The translations under genes were made by a program, and so were the position numbers. The notes below the pieces were generated by a model. That model did no database searches and had not been told where the DNA came from. It was given only the letters and a program-made list of their open reading frames with translations. This document shows positions 18,757 through 27,508 of a DNA stretch of 64,000 nucleotides, piece by piece. This DNA is from Clostridiales bacterium (GTDB lineage: Bacteria; Bacillota; Clostridia; Christensenellales; Aristaeellaceae): contig JAQXLU010000038.1 of assembly GCA_029012285.1 (NCBI GenBank), positions 4,440 to 68,439 on the forward strand. The letters are read 5' to 3'. Numbering within the stretch: the first letter of the stretch is position 1; each line of letters starts with the position of its first letter.

Positions 18757-18995
18757 TCTTGTATAAGCGATGCAGGGAACGTTCTGCGGGAGCGCGGGAC
18801 GTCATGAATGGCAGTGCGCTATGCGGCGGCTGACTGACGTCTCAGGTGAACATCGGTATGCTGATGTGTATATGTTCTGTATATCACATTCGGAATCGGC
18901 TGACAGCAGCAATTCTCTTCATGTTCTGATCTTTTCCTCATCATCTTGCGAATCGTTTTGAAAGCCGCAGGGAGCTGCCCCTGCTGCAAATGCCT

Positions 18996-19024
18996 TGCCA
19001 TCCCGGGCAAAATGTGGTATCATG
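18996..19024 (+). promoter_or_regulatory. Candidate promoter TTGCCA-17-TATCAT (with TGn extension) for the acetyltransferase gene
   Basis: The hexamers and spacing are read directly, about 25 nt upstream of the RBS AAGGAGG. Confidence 0.45.
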
Positions 19025-19046
19025 GATGCAACAAGGAGGCGTTCCT

Positions 19047-19565
19047 ATGGTACGATATGCGAATTTTGCCGACGCCCCGGTCATCCAGGAAATCTATGCC
19101 CATTATGTGCGCCGCACCGCCATCACCTTCGCGACCACAGAGCCGACGGCGGCGGATTTCGTCGCGCGCATCAGCGACCCGCGGTATCCCTTCCTGGCGG
19201 CGGAACGCAACGGCCGCCTGGTGGGCTTTGCCTACGCGGACGCCTTCCGCCAAAAGGAGGCCTTCCGCTGGGATGTGGAATTGACCATCTACCTCGCGCC
19301 GGGCATCGAGGGGCAGGGCATCGGCAGCGAGCTGATGGCGGAAATGCTGCGCGTCCTGGAGAAGCAGGGGTATGTGAATGCTTATTCCTGCATCACGCTG
19401 CCGGGTGAAAGAAGCGTGGCGCTGCACCGGAAGTTCGGCTTCACACAGCTGGGGGTGTTTCCGCACACGGGCTACAAGCAGGGCCAGTGGCATGATGTGG
19501 TGTGGATGAGCAAAACCCTCTGCGAGGCGGCGGAGCATCCCGACGACCCGAATCTGCTGACATAA
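19047..19565 (+). CDS. GNAT N-acetyltransferase, phosphinothricin/methionine-sulfoximine acetyltransferase-like
   Basis: The sequence reads MVRYANFADAPVIQEIYAHYV..ITFATTEPT..FPFLAAERNGRLVGFAYA..QGIGSELM..HRKFGF. The ATG at 19047 lies 7 nt after AAGGAGG. Confidence 0.8.
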   Translation: MVRYANFADAPVIQEIYAHYVRRTAITFATTEPTAADFVARISDPRYPFLAAERNGRLVGFAYADAFRQKEAFRWDVELTIYLAPGIEGQGIGSELMAEMLRVLEKQGYVNAYSCITLPGERSVALHRKFGFTQLGVFPHTGYKQGQWHDVVWMSKTLCEAAEHPDDPNLLT

Positions 19566-19620
19566 GAAACAAACAGGGCTGGAGCACGCCATGTCGCTCC
19601 AGCCCTTTGATGTGGTCGAT

Positions 19621-20196
19621 TCAGTCCCTAACGATGATCTTTCCGTTTTCAATGCGGTCGCAGATGGCGAGGGAGACCAGCTTGACGCCCTTGCCACGCA
19701 GGTGCGCGCCGCCGGGCTGCCAGCCCTTCTCGATGCACACGCCCGCGCCCACCAGCTCCGCGCCAGCCTCCTCGATGATCTCGATCAGCCCGTTGATCGC
19801 GCCGCCGTTGGCCAGGAAATCGTCGATAATCAGCACGCGCATACCCTTTTTGAGGTACTTGCGGCTGACGCGGATGGTGTTGTTCTTCTGATGGGTGAAG
19901 GAGTACACATCCGCCGTGTACACGTCGTTGCCGATGTTGCGGCGCTCGCCCTTCTTGGCGAAGATGACCGGGATGTTGCCAAAGGCCATGGCGGTGGTCA
20001 GACCGGTGATGATGCCGCTGGCCTCCACGGTGAGGATGCAGTCCACCTGATCATCCTTGAACGCCTCGTAGAACGCTTGCCCCATCTCCACTGCCAGACC
20101 CACGTCGATCTGGTGGTTGAGGAACATATCCACCTGTACGACCTCCGTGCCAATGCCAATGCCTTCTGTTTCGATTCTGCGCTTGAGGGATTCCAT
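19621..20196 (-). CDS. xpt: Xanthine phosphoribosyltransferase
   Basis: The 191-aa protein starts MESLKRRIETEGIGIGTEVVQVDMFLNHQID and carries the PRPP motif VLIIDDFLANGGA. Confidence 0.9.
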   Translation of the reverse strand: MESLKRRIETEGIGIGTEVVQVDMFLNHQIDVGLAVEMGQAFYEAFKDDQVDCILTVEASGIITGLTTAMAFGNIPVIFAKKGERRNIGNDVYTADVYSFTHQKNNTIRVSRKYLKKGMRVLIIDDFLANGGAINGLIEIIEEAGAELVGAGVCIEKGWQPGGAHLRGKGVKLVSLAICDRIENGKIIVRD

Positions 20197-20231
20197 GTGT
20201 GCAGCCTCCTGTGTAGGATGATGATGTGTTT

Positions 20232-20260
20232 ATTCTACCGCATTTGCGTTCATTCGGCAA
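20232..20260 (-). promoter_or_regulatory. Candidate xpt promoter TTGCCG-17-TAGAAT
   Basis: Read on the minus strand. It leaves only about 35 nt of 5' UTR before the AGGAGG RBS. Confidence 0.45.
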
Positions 20261-20271
20261 GTGGCATTTTG

Positions 20272-20305
20272 AAAAAAGGCAGCCCCGTGTTCAATCGGAG
20301 CTGCC
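20272..20305 (-). terminator. Rho-independent terminator after the amidase gene
   Basis: The minus strand reads GGCAGCTCCG-ATTGAACA-CGGGGCTGCC followed by TTTTTT. Confidence 0.75.
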
Positions 20306-20313
20306 CTTGCTCA

Positions 20314-21624
20314 TTATTCATCAGGCGCAACCCAGCCGCGCATCAGTGCCACCTGGTAGACACCCTCCACCATGCCTTGGGCGAGCATGGTCTGGTATTC
20401 GGGGGTGGCGAGCTTGATGTCCTCGCTGGTGTTGCTCATGTAGCCCATCTCCACCAGGAAGCAGAGCATCTTGGCCCAGTTGTTGCCCACATAGGTATCG
20501 TTGAGGGCCACGCGGCCGGTCTTATCGGTCAACTCGTAGCTCACGGCCTTCTTCATCTCATCCAGGAAGGCCTGGCCGAGGGCGCGGTATTCCGCCGGAC
20601 TGGCGACGGCGTGGGCGTAATCGGAGTTCAGCGGGCCGTACACCTGGATGCCCGTCTTTTGGTCGCTGGAGGTCATGTTGCAGTGCAGCCGCAGCAGGAT
20701 GTGCGCGCCGCCCTCCTCGGCGATGTTGCAGCGATCCAGGTTGGTGCGGAAGTCGTCCTGCTTGTGGCGGGTCATGACCACCGTCGCGCCCTCCTTCATC
20801 AGCAGCTCGCGCAGGATCATGCCCGTTTCCAGCACCACGATGGATTCCCGGCGCAAGGTGGTCTTGCCCTGGGCCATGCCGCCCTTGTTGACCACGCGGC
20901 CGCTCAGGCCGGGGCCGCGATCCTCCGTGAAGGCGTGGTGATTCTCTTGATGCCCGGGGTCGATGCAGACCACCACGCCGGAGAGCCGGCCGGGGAGCTG
21001 CTCGGGCTCATCGGGGGCGATATAGGCCTTGCGGACCTCCCCCTCGCGCTTGACGCTGCCGTTGCCGTTGCGGATCTGCACCTTGAACAGCGTGCGGGCG
21101 TAGGTCAGGTCGGAGACCACCTCGCCTTCGTAGCGGCCCTCGGCGTTGATGGGATAGACGGGGAAGCAGGCCTCCTCCTGCACGGAGCGGAAGTACAGCA
21201 GCATGTAGTCCGTTCCCGGGGCGAGGAAGGAATAGGTGAAGCCCGTGGTGGTTTCCCCCAGCTGGAGCTGGGTGACGTTGGCGTTGGCCTTGCCTGTGGG
21301 GGCGACGTAGGATGATGCGGCGGGAAGCTGCACCGTTTGCTTGAAGAGCTGGCGGAGGTTGATGTCCTCCACGGTGATGGTGTATTTGCCGCCCTCGCCG
21401 CGGCGCAGATCAACGCTGCCGGTGAAGTGCCCGTCCGGGGCGTAGAGGGTCTTGACGCCCTTTTCGTTCGGGCCCTTCCATTGCAGGCGCACCCACGGTT
21501 GCGTCAGGGTGAAGTCGTAATCAAAGCCCGCCTCCCGGGGGATGACGCTCCCCTGGACCTCGGATAGCGCGGCGGCGGGAAGCAGCAGGCAAAGCGCCAG
21601 GATCAGCGCGAGCAGCGTGCGCAT
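20314..21624 (-). CDS. Secreted N-acetylmuramoyl-L-alanine amidase (Amidase_3) with an N-terminal beta-rich domain
   Basis: The signal peptide is MRTLLALILALCLLLPAAALS. The amidase block is VVCIDPGHQ...HILLRLHCN...FLVEMGYMSN. The ATG at 21624 follows GAGGTGA, and ATGs at 21642 and 21651 are also possible. Confidence 0.8.
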   Translation of the reverse strand: MRTLLALILALCLLLPAAALSEVQGSVIPREAGFDYDFTLTQPWVRLQWKGPNEKGVKTLYAPDGHFTGSVDLRRGEGGKYTITVEDINLRQLFKQTVQLPAASSYVAPTGKANANVTQLQLGETTTGFTYSFLAPGTDYMLLYFRSVQEEACFPVYPINAEGRYEGEVVSDLTYARTLFKVQIRNGNGSVKREGEVRKAYIAPDEPEQLPGRLSGVVVCIDPGHQENHHAFTEDRGPGLSGRVVNKGGMAQGKTTLRRESIVVLETGMILRELLMKEGATVVMTRHKQDDFRTNLDRCNIAEEGGAHILLRLHCNMTSSDQKTGIQVYGPLNSDYAHAVASPAEYRALGQAFLDEMKKAVSYELTDKTGRVALNDTYVGNNWAKMLCFLVEMGYMSNTSEDIKLATPEYQTMLAQGMVEGVYQVALMRGWVAPDE

Positions 21625-21696
21625 GGTATTCACCTCTTTCATGATGATCATTCTTGAAAAATGTCCCCTCAGCCATGGCGGAGGGGAACGTGTGCG

Positions 21697-22242
21697 TCAG
21701 GCTTTCCTGTGCAGGAGCTTTTTGACTAGCTTTTTGATGCGGCCCTGGAATGTGCGGGACTCCTTGAGGGCGACCGCCGCGTTCAGCGCGCCCTGGCGGA
21801 ACACGTTGTTGTTCGGTTCGCGCCGCACCGCCTCGCGGTAGGCCTGGTGAGCGCTCTCATACATTTCCAGCACCATGAGGACGTGGCCCTGCATCGCGTA
21901 CCAGTCGCCGGAGCGTTCCTTGGTGCGCTCCAACTGGCGCAGGGCGGATTCGGGGCTGTCCCGGCGGAGCATCTTGTCCGCCAGGGCGATGGCTTCCTCC
22001 TCCGTCAGCTCCCGGTTGTAGCTTGCCGCGGCGTTGCGCCGGTTGGTGGTCAGCTTCAGCGCCTCCTCATAGGCGAGGTTCAACTCGATCATCCTGGCCT
22101 GTGCGGCCTTGCGTTCGTCCTCGTTCAGGAACTTATCGGGATGATGGGTCTTGACCAGCTGCCGGTAGGCGTTGCGCACGTCCTCCACGTTCGCTCCGGC
22201 AGTCAGGCCCAGCACCTCAAACGGATTCCGCGTGCGAAACAC
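21697..22242 (-). CDS. J-domain (DnaJ-like) protein with a TPR-like C-terminal half
   Basis: The sequence contains NPFEVLGLTAGANVEDVRNAYRQLVKTHHPDKF, including the HPD tripeptide. Confidence 0.8.
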   Translation of the reverse strand: MFRTRNPFEVLGLTAGANVEDVRNAYRQLVKTHHPDKFLNEDERKAAQARMIELNLAYEEALKLTTNRRNAAASYNRELTEEEAIALADKMLRRDSPESALRQLERTKERSGDWYAMQGHVLMVLEMYESAHQAYREAVRREPNNNVFRQGALNAAVALKESRTFQGRIKKLVKKLLHRKA

Positions 22243-22287
22243 CCCCTCTTGTCAGGATGCTGCCCAACATCGAATGTGGCTTTGCGC

Positions 22288-23556
22288 TCAGAGGATCGTT
22301 TCCCGGCTGATCACCGCGCCCAGCGAGCGCAGCTTTGCCTCGATGTTCTCATATCCCCGGTCGATGTAGTGGGGCTCGTAGATCTCCGTCACACCCTTGG
22401 CCATCAGCCCAGCAATCACCAGGGCGGCGCCCGCGCGCAGATCCGTGGCGGTGATGGGCCCGCCGTAGAGGTCGGTGACCCCTTCGATGATGGCGGTGCG
22501 GTCCACAATGCGCACCTGTGCGCCCATGCGGCTGATCTCCACCAGATGCTTCAGCCGGGACTCATAAATCGTCTCCTGGATGATGGAGGTGCCCTTGGCG
22601 GTGGTCAGCAGCGCGGACATGGGCTGCTGCAGATCGGTGGGGAAGCCGGGGTAAACCTGGGTTTTGATGTTGACGGCCCTGTGCGCGCCGGTGGAGCGGA
22701 CGCGGATGGCGTCGTCGCTGTCGCTGACGCGGATGCCCATTTCCAGCAGCTTGGCGGAGAGGGCCTCCATATGGGTCGGGATGCAGCCGCTGATGACCAC
22801 ATCGCCATGGGTGGCGGCGGCGGCGATCATCAGCGTGCCGGTTTCGATCTGGTCGGGAATGACCGCGTAGGTCGTGCCGTGCAGGTACTGCTGGCCGCGG
22901 ATGCGGATCACGTCCGTGCCCGCACCCTTGATCTTCGCACCCATGGAGTTGAGGAAGTTCGCCAAATCGACGATATGGGGCTCCTTGGCCGCGTTGTAGA
23001 TGGTGGTGTAGCCCTGGGCCTTGACGGCCGCCAGCATCACGTTGATGGTGCCGCCCACGGTGACCACATCGAAGAACACGTCGCTGCCGGTGAGGTTATC
23101 GGTCCTGGCGGTGATGCGTCCGCCCAGCTGTTCCACCTCCACGCCCAGGGCGGCAAAGCCCTTGAGATGCTGGTCGATGGGCCTGGCGCCGATGTCGCAG
23201 CCACCGGGGAGATAGACCTCCGCCTCATTGCGGCGGCCCAGCAGCGCGCCCAGCAGGTAGTAGCTGGCCCGCAGGCGCTGAGAGTCCGCATAATTGACCT
23301 TCCAGCCCTCGGCGGGGCGGGGATCCACGGTCATGAAGGCATTGGGCACATAGTCGACCCTTGCCCCCAGGGAGCGCAGGATGTCCACCAATGCGTATAC
23401 ATCGGATATATCGGGGAGGTTTTCGATGGTGCAGGGCTCATTGCACAGCAGCGTTGCGGGGATGACCGCCACTGCTGTATTTTTGCCGCCGCTGACGCGC
23501 ACCTCACCCATCAGCGGATTACCGCCGGTGATGAGCATTTTTTCCTTTGCGGGCAT
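22288..23556 (-). CDS. murA: UDP-N-acetylglucosamine 1-carboxyvinyltransferase
   Basis: The sequence reads ITGGNPLMGEVRVSGGKNTAVAVIPATLL...YLPGGCDIGARPIDQHLKGF. The start is ambiguous: ATG 23556, or ATG 23538 preceded by AAAGGAAAA. Confidence 0.9.
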   Translation of the reverse strand: MPAKEKMLITGGNPLMGEVRVSGGKNTAVAVIPATLLCNEPCTIENLPDISDVYALVDILRSLGARVDYVPNAFMTVDPRPAEGWKVNYADSQRLRASYYLLGALLGRRNEAEVYLPGGCDIGARPIDQHLKGFAALGVEVEQLGGRITARTDNLTGSDVFFDVVTVGGTINVMLAAVKAQGYTTIYNAAKEPHIVDLANFLNSMGAKIKGAGTDVIRIRGQQYLHGTTYAVIPDQIETGTLMIAAAATHGDVVISGCIPTHMEALSAKLLEMGIRVSDSDDAIRVRSTGAHRAVNIKTQVYPGFPTDLQQPMSALLTTAKGTSIIQETIYESRLKHLVEISRMGAQVRIVDRTAIIEGVTDLYGGPITATDLRAGAALVIAGLMAKGVTEIYEPHYIDRGYENIEAKLRSLGAVISRETIL

Positions 23557-23690
23557 GATATCCAGCGTGATGCTGGTTTCACCTCCTATGGCGGGGGCGT
23601 AAGGGGGTAGCCTCCGATGGAATGGGGGTATCTTTTGTGTAAGGGGATTGACGGGAATCGTATGGCCGAAAGGCTATACGTTGACAAATA

Positions 23691-23719
23691 ATTATAGCAT
23701 GATTCCAATTTTCATGCAA
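23691..23719 (-). promoter_or_regulatory. Candidate murA promoter TTGCAT-17-TATAAT (TGn-extended)
   Basis: The minus strand reads TTGCATGAAAATTGGAATCATGCTATAAT. Confidence 0.5.
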
Positions 23720-23790
23720 CCCCCATCAACGAACTCAACCGGGCGAAGCCGAATGGGTGTCGAGAGGGTCGAAGACCCTTCGCGGGGTGG

Positions 23791-23897
23791 AGGGGCAGCG
23801 CCCCTCCCAGGGTACAGGGGCAGCGCCCCTGCTCCGCGCCCGCAGGCGCAAAGTAGCCGCGCGCGCCTTTCGCGAATCAAAGATTCGCGAAACAGCC
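23791..23897. repeat. Multi-hairpin intergenic repeat, family 1, copy a
   Basis: It shares an ordered set of hairpins with 45304-45413: two copies of GGGGCAGCGCCCC, then CTCCGCGCCCGCAGGCGCA, then GCGCGCCTTTCGCGAATC-AAA-GATTCGCGAAACAGCC (a 10-bp perfect palindrome). Confidence 0.8.
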
Positions 23898-24165
23898 AAC
23901 CATCCCCAAAAAGGCCGCACATCGCCCCCCCCCGCAAGGTGGATGGAAGCCACATAGCACCATGACAGCAACCACAGTTGCTTTCCCAATGCTGGCAGGC
24001 TTGCGATAGGGTTTTCGCAGCGTTGGATTACAGCGACTATGTTCATAGGTTGAAGCTGTTGCTCCCCGCTTTGGTTAAGCCATGCTACTGGTATGTTTCC
24101 TTAACGCGCCGAGCCTCCCGGAGGGAGCCTGAGATGGTGCGCAGGTTGCAACAGAGCATCCGGCC

Positions 24166-24201
24166 AACAAAACAGGACTGGGCTTTCGTGCCCAGTCCTG
24201 T
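24166..24201 (-). terminator. Rho-independent terminator of the GH20 gene
   Basis: The minus strand has a 12-bp perfect stem, ACAGGACTGGGC-ACGAAA-GCCCAGTCCTGT, followed by TTTTGTTGG. Confidence 0.75.
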
Positions 24202-24206
24202 TCGAG

Positions 24207-25997
24207 TTATAGTTCTGCCATTGGTGTTACCAGGTGCCCGAAGAAGGCATAGCGCTCGCCGGGCAGGGGCTCGGCGTCCAGCTCCTGGATGGTGGCTACC
24301 TCCCCGGCCAGGTAGCGGCGCAGCAGATCCTGCACATCCCGCAATCTGCCCGTCACCCCGCCGTAGCGCAGGCTGAGCACCTCCCAGCCGAAGCGTTTCA
24401 TGTCCCGCTCCCACAGCGCGCGGTGGAGGCGCATCAAACGGTCGTAATCCATCAGCAGCGCGGGGATGATTTCCTCCGCCACCTGCGTGAGGTAGGCGCG
24501 GTCCTTCGCCAGGTAGCGCGGACGCAGCTCGCGCAGCAGCAGGGCCTTTTGCGACGCCACGTCCATGAGGGCAGCGGCGTAGCGGCATTCCAGCAGATCA
24601 TGGGCGGCAAGCGCCTGGCGGGCCAGGTCAAAGCGGGCGAGGATGCCGTCCAGCTGCTCCCGCGTGCGCTGGAGCAGGGGGTAGAGCGCGTCGCACCAGA
24701 TGAGGGACTTGCCCTCGCGGTTGTCCGTTTCGTCGGGGAAGAATTCGCCCATGGCGCGCACCGCGCCGGCGGGCAGCCCGGTGACGGCCTCGCCCAGGCG
24801 CAGCGCTTCGTCCATCGTGATGGCCGTGCCCTGCCAGCAGGCCTCGGAGAACATGGGCAGCATCGGCAGCCCCAGGAAGTAGTCGGTCTCCTCGCCGTCA
24901 TCGCCCCAGAGCGTGGCCATCACGGTTTCGACCCGGTGTGCCGCGGCGATGCGCAGCGCGGGCCGCATGGTGGCCTCCGTGCGCTTCACCTGGGGCAGGA
25001 AGCCGGCCCACGTCCAGCATCCGCCGGCGAACACCACCGGGCGGCCCGTGCGCTCATGCTGGGTGAACATGTGCTCGTAAAAGTCCTCGTCCTGGTGGTA
25101 GTAGTCCCAGTAGCAAAGGCTGACCGCCGGAATCGCGTCGATGACCCGCTGAGGGATGATGGCCTCGCGGTCGTAGTATTCGTTGTGGGTCGAGGCCAGG
25201 CGGAAGAACATGTCGCTCCACATGATGGGCTCAAAACCGTTCCTTAGGCAGATGTCCACCACGCGCGCCAGGTGGCGGTTGAGCAGGTCGAAGCGATCCG
25301 TCGCGCCGTGCTTCTCATAGTACCGGCCCAGGCCCACGCCATGGGCCTCGTCCATGCCCACATGGATGCGTTTGGTGCGCATGCAGGCGCGGACGGCGCG
25401 AATCTCCGCCTCAATCAGGCGGTAGACGGCCTCGTCGTCCGCAAGCAGCACATCGCCCTGGTCGCAAAGGGCGGCGTTTTCCGGCCATTGCAGGAACTGG
25501 GACATGTGTCCCAGCGTTTGGATGCAGGGGATCAGCTCAATCCCCAGGGCGGCGGCGTAATCGTCCAGCTGGCGCAGCTCCGCCTGGCTGTAACGGCCCC
25601 GCAGATACCCCAGGCGGGGGTATTCGGGCACCTCATAGGTGTCCTCGGTGTAGAGCATGAGCATGTTCATGCCCAGGCAGGCCATGCGGTCCAGGTAGCG
25701 CTGGACGGCTTCCACCGTCATGACGCCGTTGCGGGACATATCCAGCATTGCACCGCAGCAGGCGATGTGCCGCGTTTGGGTCAGGTGCAGGGACGATTCC
25801 CCCGCCTTCACCGCCTGGGTGAGCAGGAAGAGGGCGCGGCAAAGGGCGCTTTCGTCCTCGGCGGCCACGCTGGCGTGATTGTCCTGATAGTCAATGCGCA
25901 GCCCGGGCGCGGTGGCGACGCTGATCGGGCAGGGGAGCGCTACGCCCGTCACGCGCTCAACCGTCGACAGGGCTGAATCCAAACAAAGCTGACTCAT
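24207..25997 (-). CDS. GH20-like beta-N-acetylhexosaminidase
   Basis: The sequence reads GAMLDMSRNGVMTVEAVQRYLDRMACLGMNMLMLYTEDTYEV..IPCIQTLGHM..IHVGMDEAHG, which gives a catalytic D-E pair context. Confidence 0.7.
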   Translation of the reverse strand: MSQLCLDSALSTVERVTGVALPCPISVATAPGLRIDYQDNHASVAAEDESALCRALFLLTQAVKAGESSLHLTQTRHIACCGAMLDMSRNGVMTVEAVQRYLDRMACLGMNMLMLYTEDTYEVPEYPRLGYLRGRYSQAELRQLDDYAAALGIELIPCIQTLGHMSQFLQWPENAALCDQGDVLLADDEAVYRLIEAEIRAVRACMRTKRIHVGMDEAHGVGLGRYYEKHGATDRFDLLNRHLARVVDICLRNGFEPIMWSDMFFRLASTHNEYYDREAIIPQRVIDAIPAVSLCYWDYYHQDEDFYEHMFTQHERTGRPVVFAGGCWTWAGFLPQVKRTEATMRPALRIAAAHRVETVMATLWGDDGEETDYFLGLPMLPMFSEACWQGTAITMDEALRLGEAVTGLPAGAVRAMGEFFPDETDNREGKSLIWCDALYPLLQRTREQLDGILARFDLARQALAAHDLLECRYAAALMDVASQKALLLRELRPRYLAKDRAYLTQVAEEIIPALLMDYDRLMRLHRALWERDMKRFGWEVLSLRYGGVTGRLRDVQDLLRRYLAGEVATIQELDAEPLPGERYAFFGHLVTPMAEL

Positions 25998-26032
25998 GCA
26001 CTTTTCCTCCGTTCGGGGATTTCTCTGCCCCT

Positions 26033-26061
26033 ATTGTACAATCTGCGCACAGGAAAGTCAA
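26033..26061 (-). promoter_or_regulatory. Candidate GH20 promoter TTGACT-17-TACAAT
   Basis: The minus strand reads TTGACTTTCCTGTGCGCAGATTGTACAAT. Confidence 0.45.
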
Positions 26062-26161
26062 CCGGGAACGCGCTGCAGCCCTGCCCCCTTTTCAAACGGG
26101 CGAAAACGTGATACAATATCATCGCAGTGATATGGCTGTAATTCCTTTGAAGGAGAATCCC

Positions 26162-27508
26162 ATGACCACCCCCATCAAAGTTGGTATGATCTCCCTGGGC
26201 TGCAACAAGAACCGCGTGGACTCCGAAACCGCGCTGGGCCTGCTGGCAGACCATGGCTATGCGTTCACCGCCGACCCCGCCCAGGCGGATATATTGATGG
26301 TCAACACCTGCGGCTTTATCGAAACTGCCAAGGAGGAATCCATCGACGCCATCCTGGAGATGGCGCAGTACAAGCAGACGGGCCGTTGCAGGCTGCTGGT
26401 GGTAACCGGCTGCCTGGCCCAGCGCTATGAATCGGCCCTGAAGGAGGAGATCCCCGAGATCGACCTGCTGATGGGCGTGAACCAATATCGGGAGCTGCCA
26501 GCTGCCATCGAGCGGGCGCTGAAGGCTCAGCGCGGCCCGGAGGAGGCCTGTGCCTCCTTCTGCGCGGACGACCACACCTATTTTGCCCACGACCGGCTGC
26601 TGACCACCCCCTTCTACACGGCGTATACCCGCATTGGCGAGGGCTGCTCCAACCGGTGTACCTTCTGCGCCATTCCGCTGATCCGCGGGCCGTACCGTTC
26701 CCGCCCGGAGGCGGATGTGCTGCGGGAAATCGAGCAGCTATCCAGGCAGGGCGTGCGCGAGCATATCCTGGTGGCGCAGGATACCACCCGCTTCGGCACG
26801 GAGGGCGGAAAGCACAGCGCACTCCCCGAATTGATGCGCAAGGCCGCCGCCATTGACGGGGTGGACTGGCTGCGGGTGCTCTACTGCTACCCCGACGAAA
26901 CCGACGAGCGGTTGCTGGACGTGATCGCCAACACCCCCAACATCTGCAAATACCTGGATCTGCCGATCCAGCACGTCAACGATGAGGTGCTCCGGCGCAT
27001 GCACCGCCGGGGCAACAAGGCGGACATTCTGCGCTGCATCCGGGGCGCAAGGGAGCGCGGGCTGACCTTGCGCACGTCCATCATCGTGGGCTTCCCCGGC
27101 GAAACGGAGGAACAGTTCCAGGAGCTGCTGGACGAATTGCAGGCGGCGGAATTCGACCGCCTGGGCGCATTCACCTACTCCCCGGAGGAGGACACCCCCG
27201 CCGCCCGCATGCCCGATCAGATTCCCGAGGAGGTCAAGCAGGAGCGCCTGGACCGGCTGATGACCATGCAGAGCGCCATCAGCCTGAAGCGCAACCAGGC
27301 CCGGGTGGGCACGGTGGAGAAGGTGTTGGTCACCGATGTGGGCAAGGACGGCTTCCTGCTGGGCCGCAGCCACCGTGAGGCCCCCGAGACCGACGGCGAA
27401 ATCGTCTTTACCGCCAAAGGCTGCGCGGTGCCTGACATCGGCTCCTTTGTGCAGGTGAAGATCACTAAGGCGGACACCTACGACCTGATGGGAGAAATGC
27501 TGCAATGA
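26162..27508 (+). CDS. rimO: Ribosomal protein S12 methylthiotransferase
   Basis: The sequence reads MTTPIKVGMISLGCNKNRVDSE.., with the radical-SAM motif CSNRCTFCAIP and a C-terminal TRAM-like end. The ATG at 26162 follows GAAGGAGA. Confidence 0.85.
   Translation: MTTPIKVGMISLGCNKNRVDSETALGLLADHGYAFTADPAQADILMVNTCGFIETAKEESIDAILEMAQYKQTGRCRLLVVTGCLAQRYESALKEEIPEIDLLMGVNQYRELPAAIERALKAQRGPEEACASFCADDHTYFAHDRLLTTPFYTAYTRIGEGCSNRCTFCAIPLIRGPYRSRPEADVLREIEQLSRQGVREHILVAQDTTRFGTEGGKHSALPELMRKAAAIDGVDWLRVLYCYPDETDERLLDVIANTPNICKYLDLPIQHVNDEVLRRMHRRGNKADILRCIRGARERGLTLRTSIIVGFPGETEEQFQELLDELQAAEFDRLGAFTYSPEEDTPAARMPDQIPEEVKQERLDRLMTMQSAISLKRNQARVGTVEKVLVTDVGKDGFLLGRSHREAPETDGEIVFTAKGCAVPDIGSFVQVKITKADTYDLMGEMLQ

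Noticed and set aside
19591-23610. ORFs 19591..21315 (574 aa) and 21847..23610 (587 aa) on the plus strand
   Set aside because: They are antisense to xpt/amidase and to the J-domain/murA genes respectively, and are repetitive G/A/H/V/L-rich shadow ORFs.
23925-23933. C9 homopolymer as a phase-variation switch
   Set aside because: It lies about 200 nt upstream of the murA promoter and is not between -35/-10 elements or inside a CDS. There is no obvious gene whose expression it could toggle.
23648-24588. ORFs 23648..23965, 23692..23955, 23735..24046, 23978..24376 and 24085..24588
   Set aside because: They translate the hairpin repeats (Pro/Arg/Gly/Ala-rich strings) or run antisense to the GH20 gene. 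None has an RBS or a recognisable fold.
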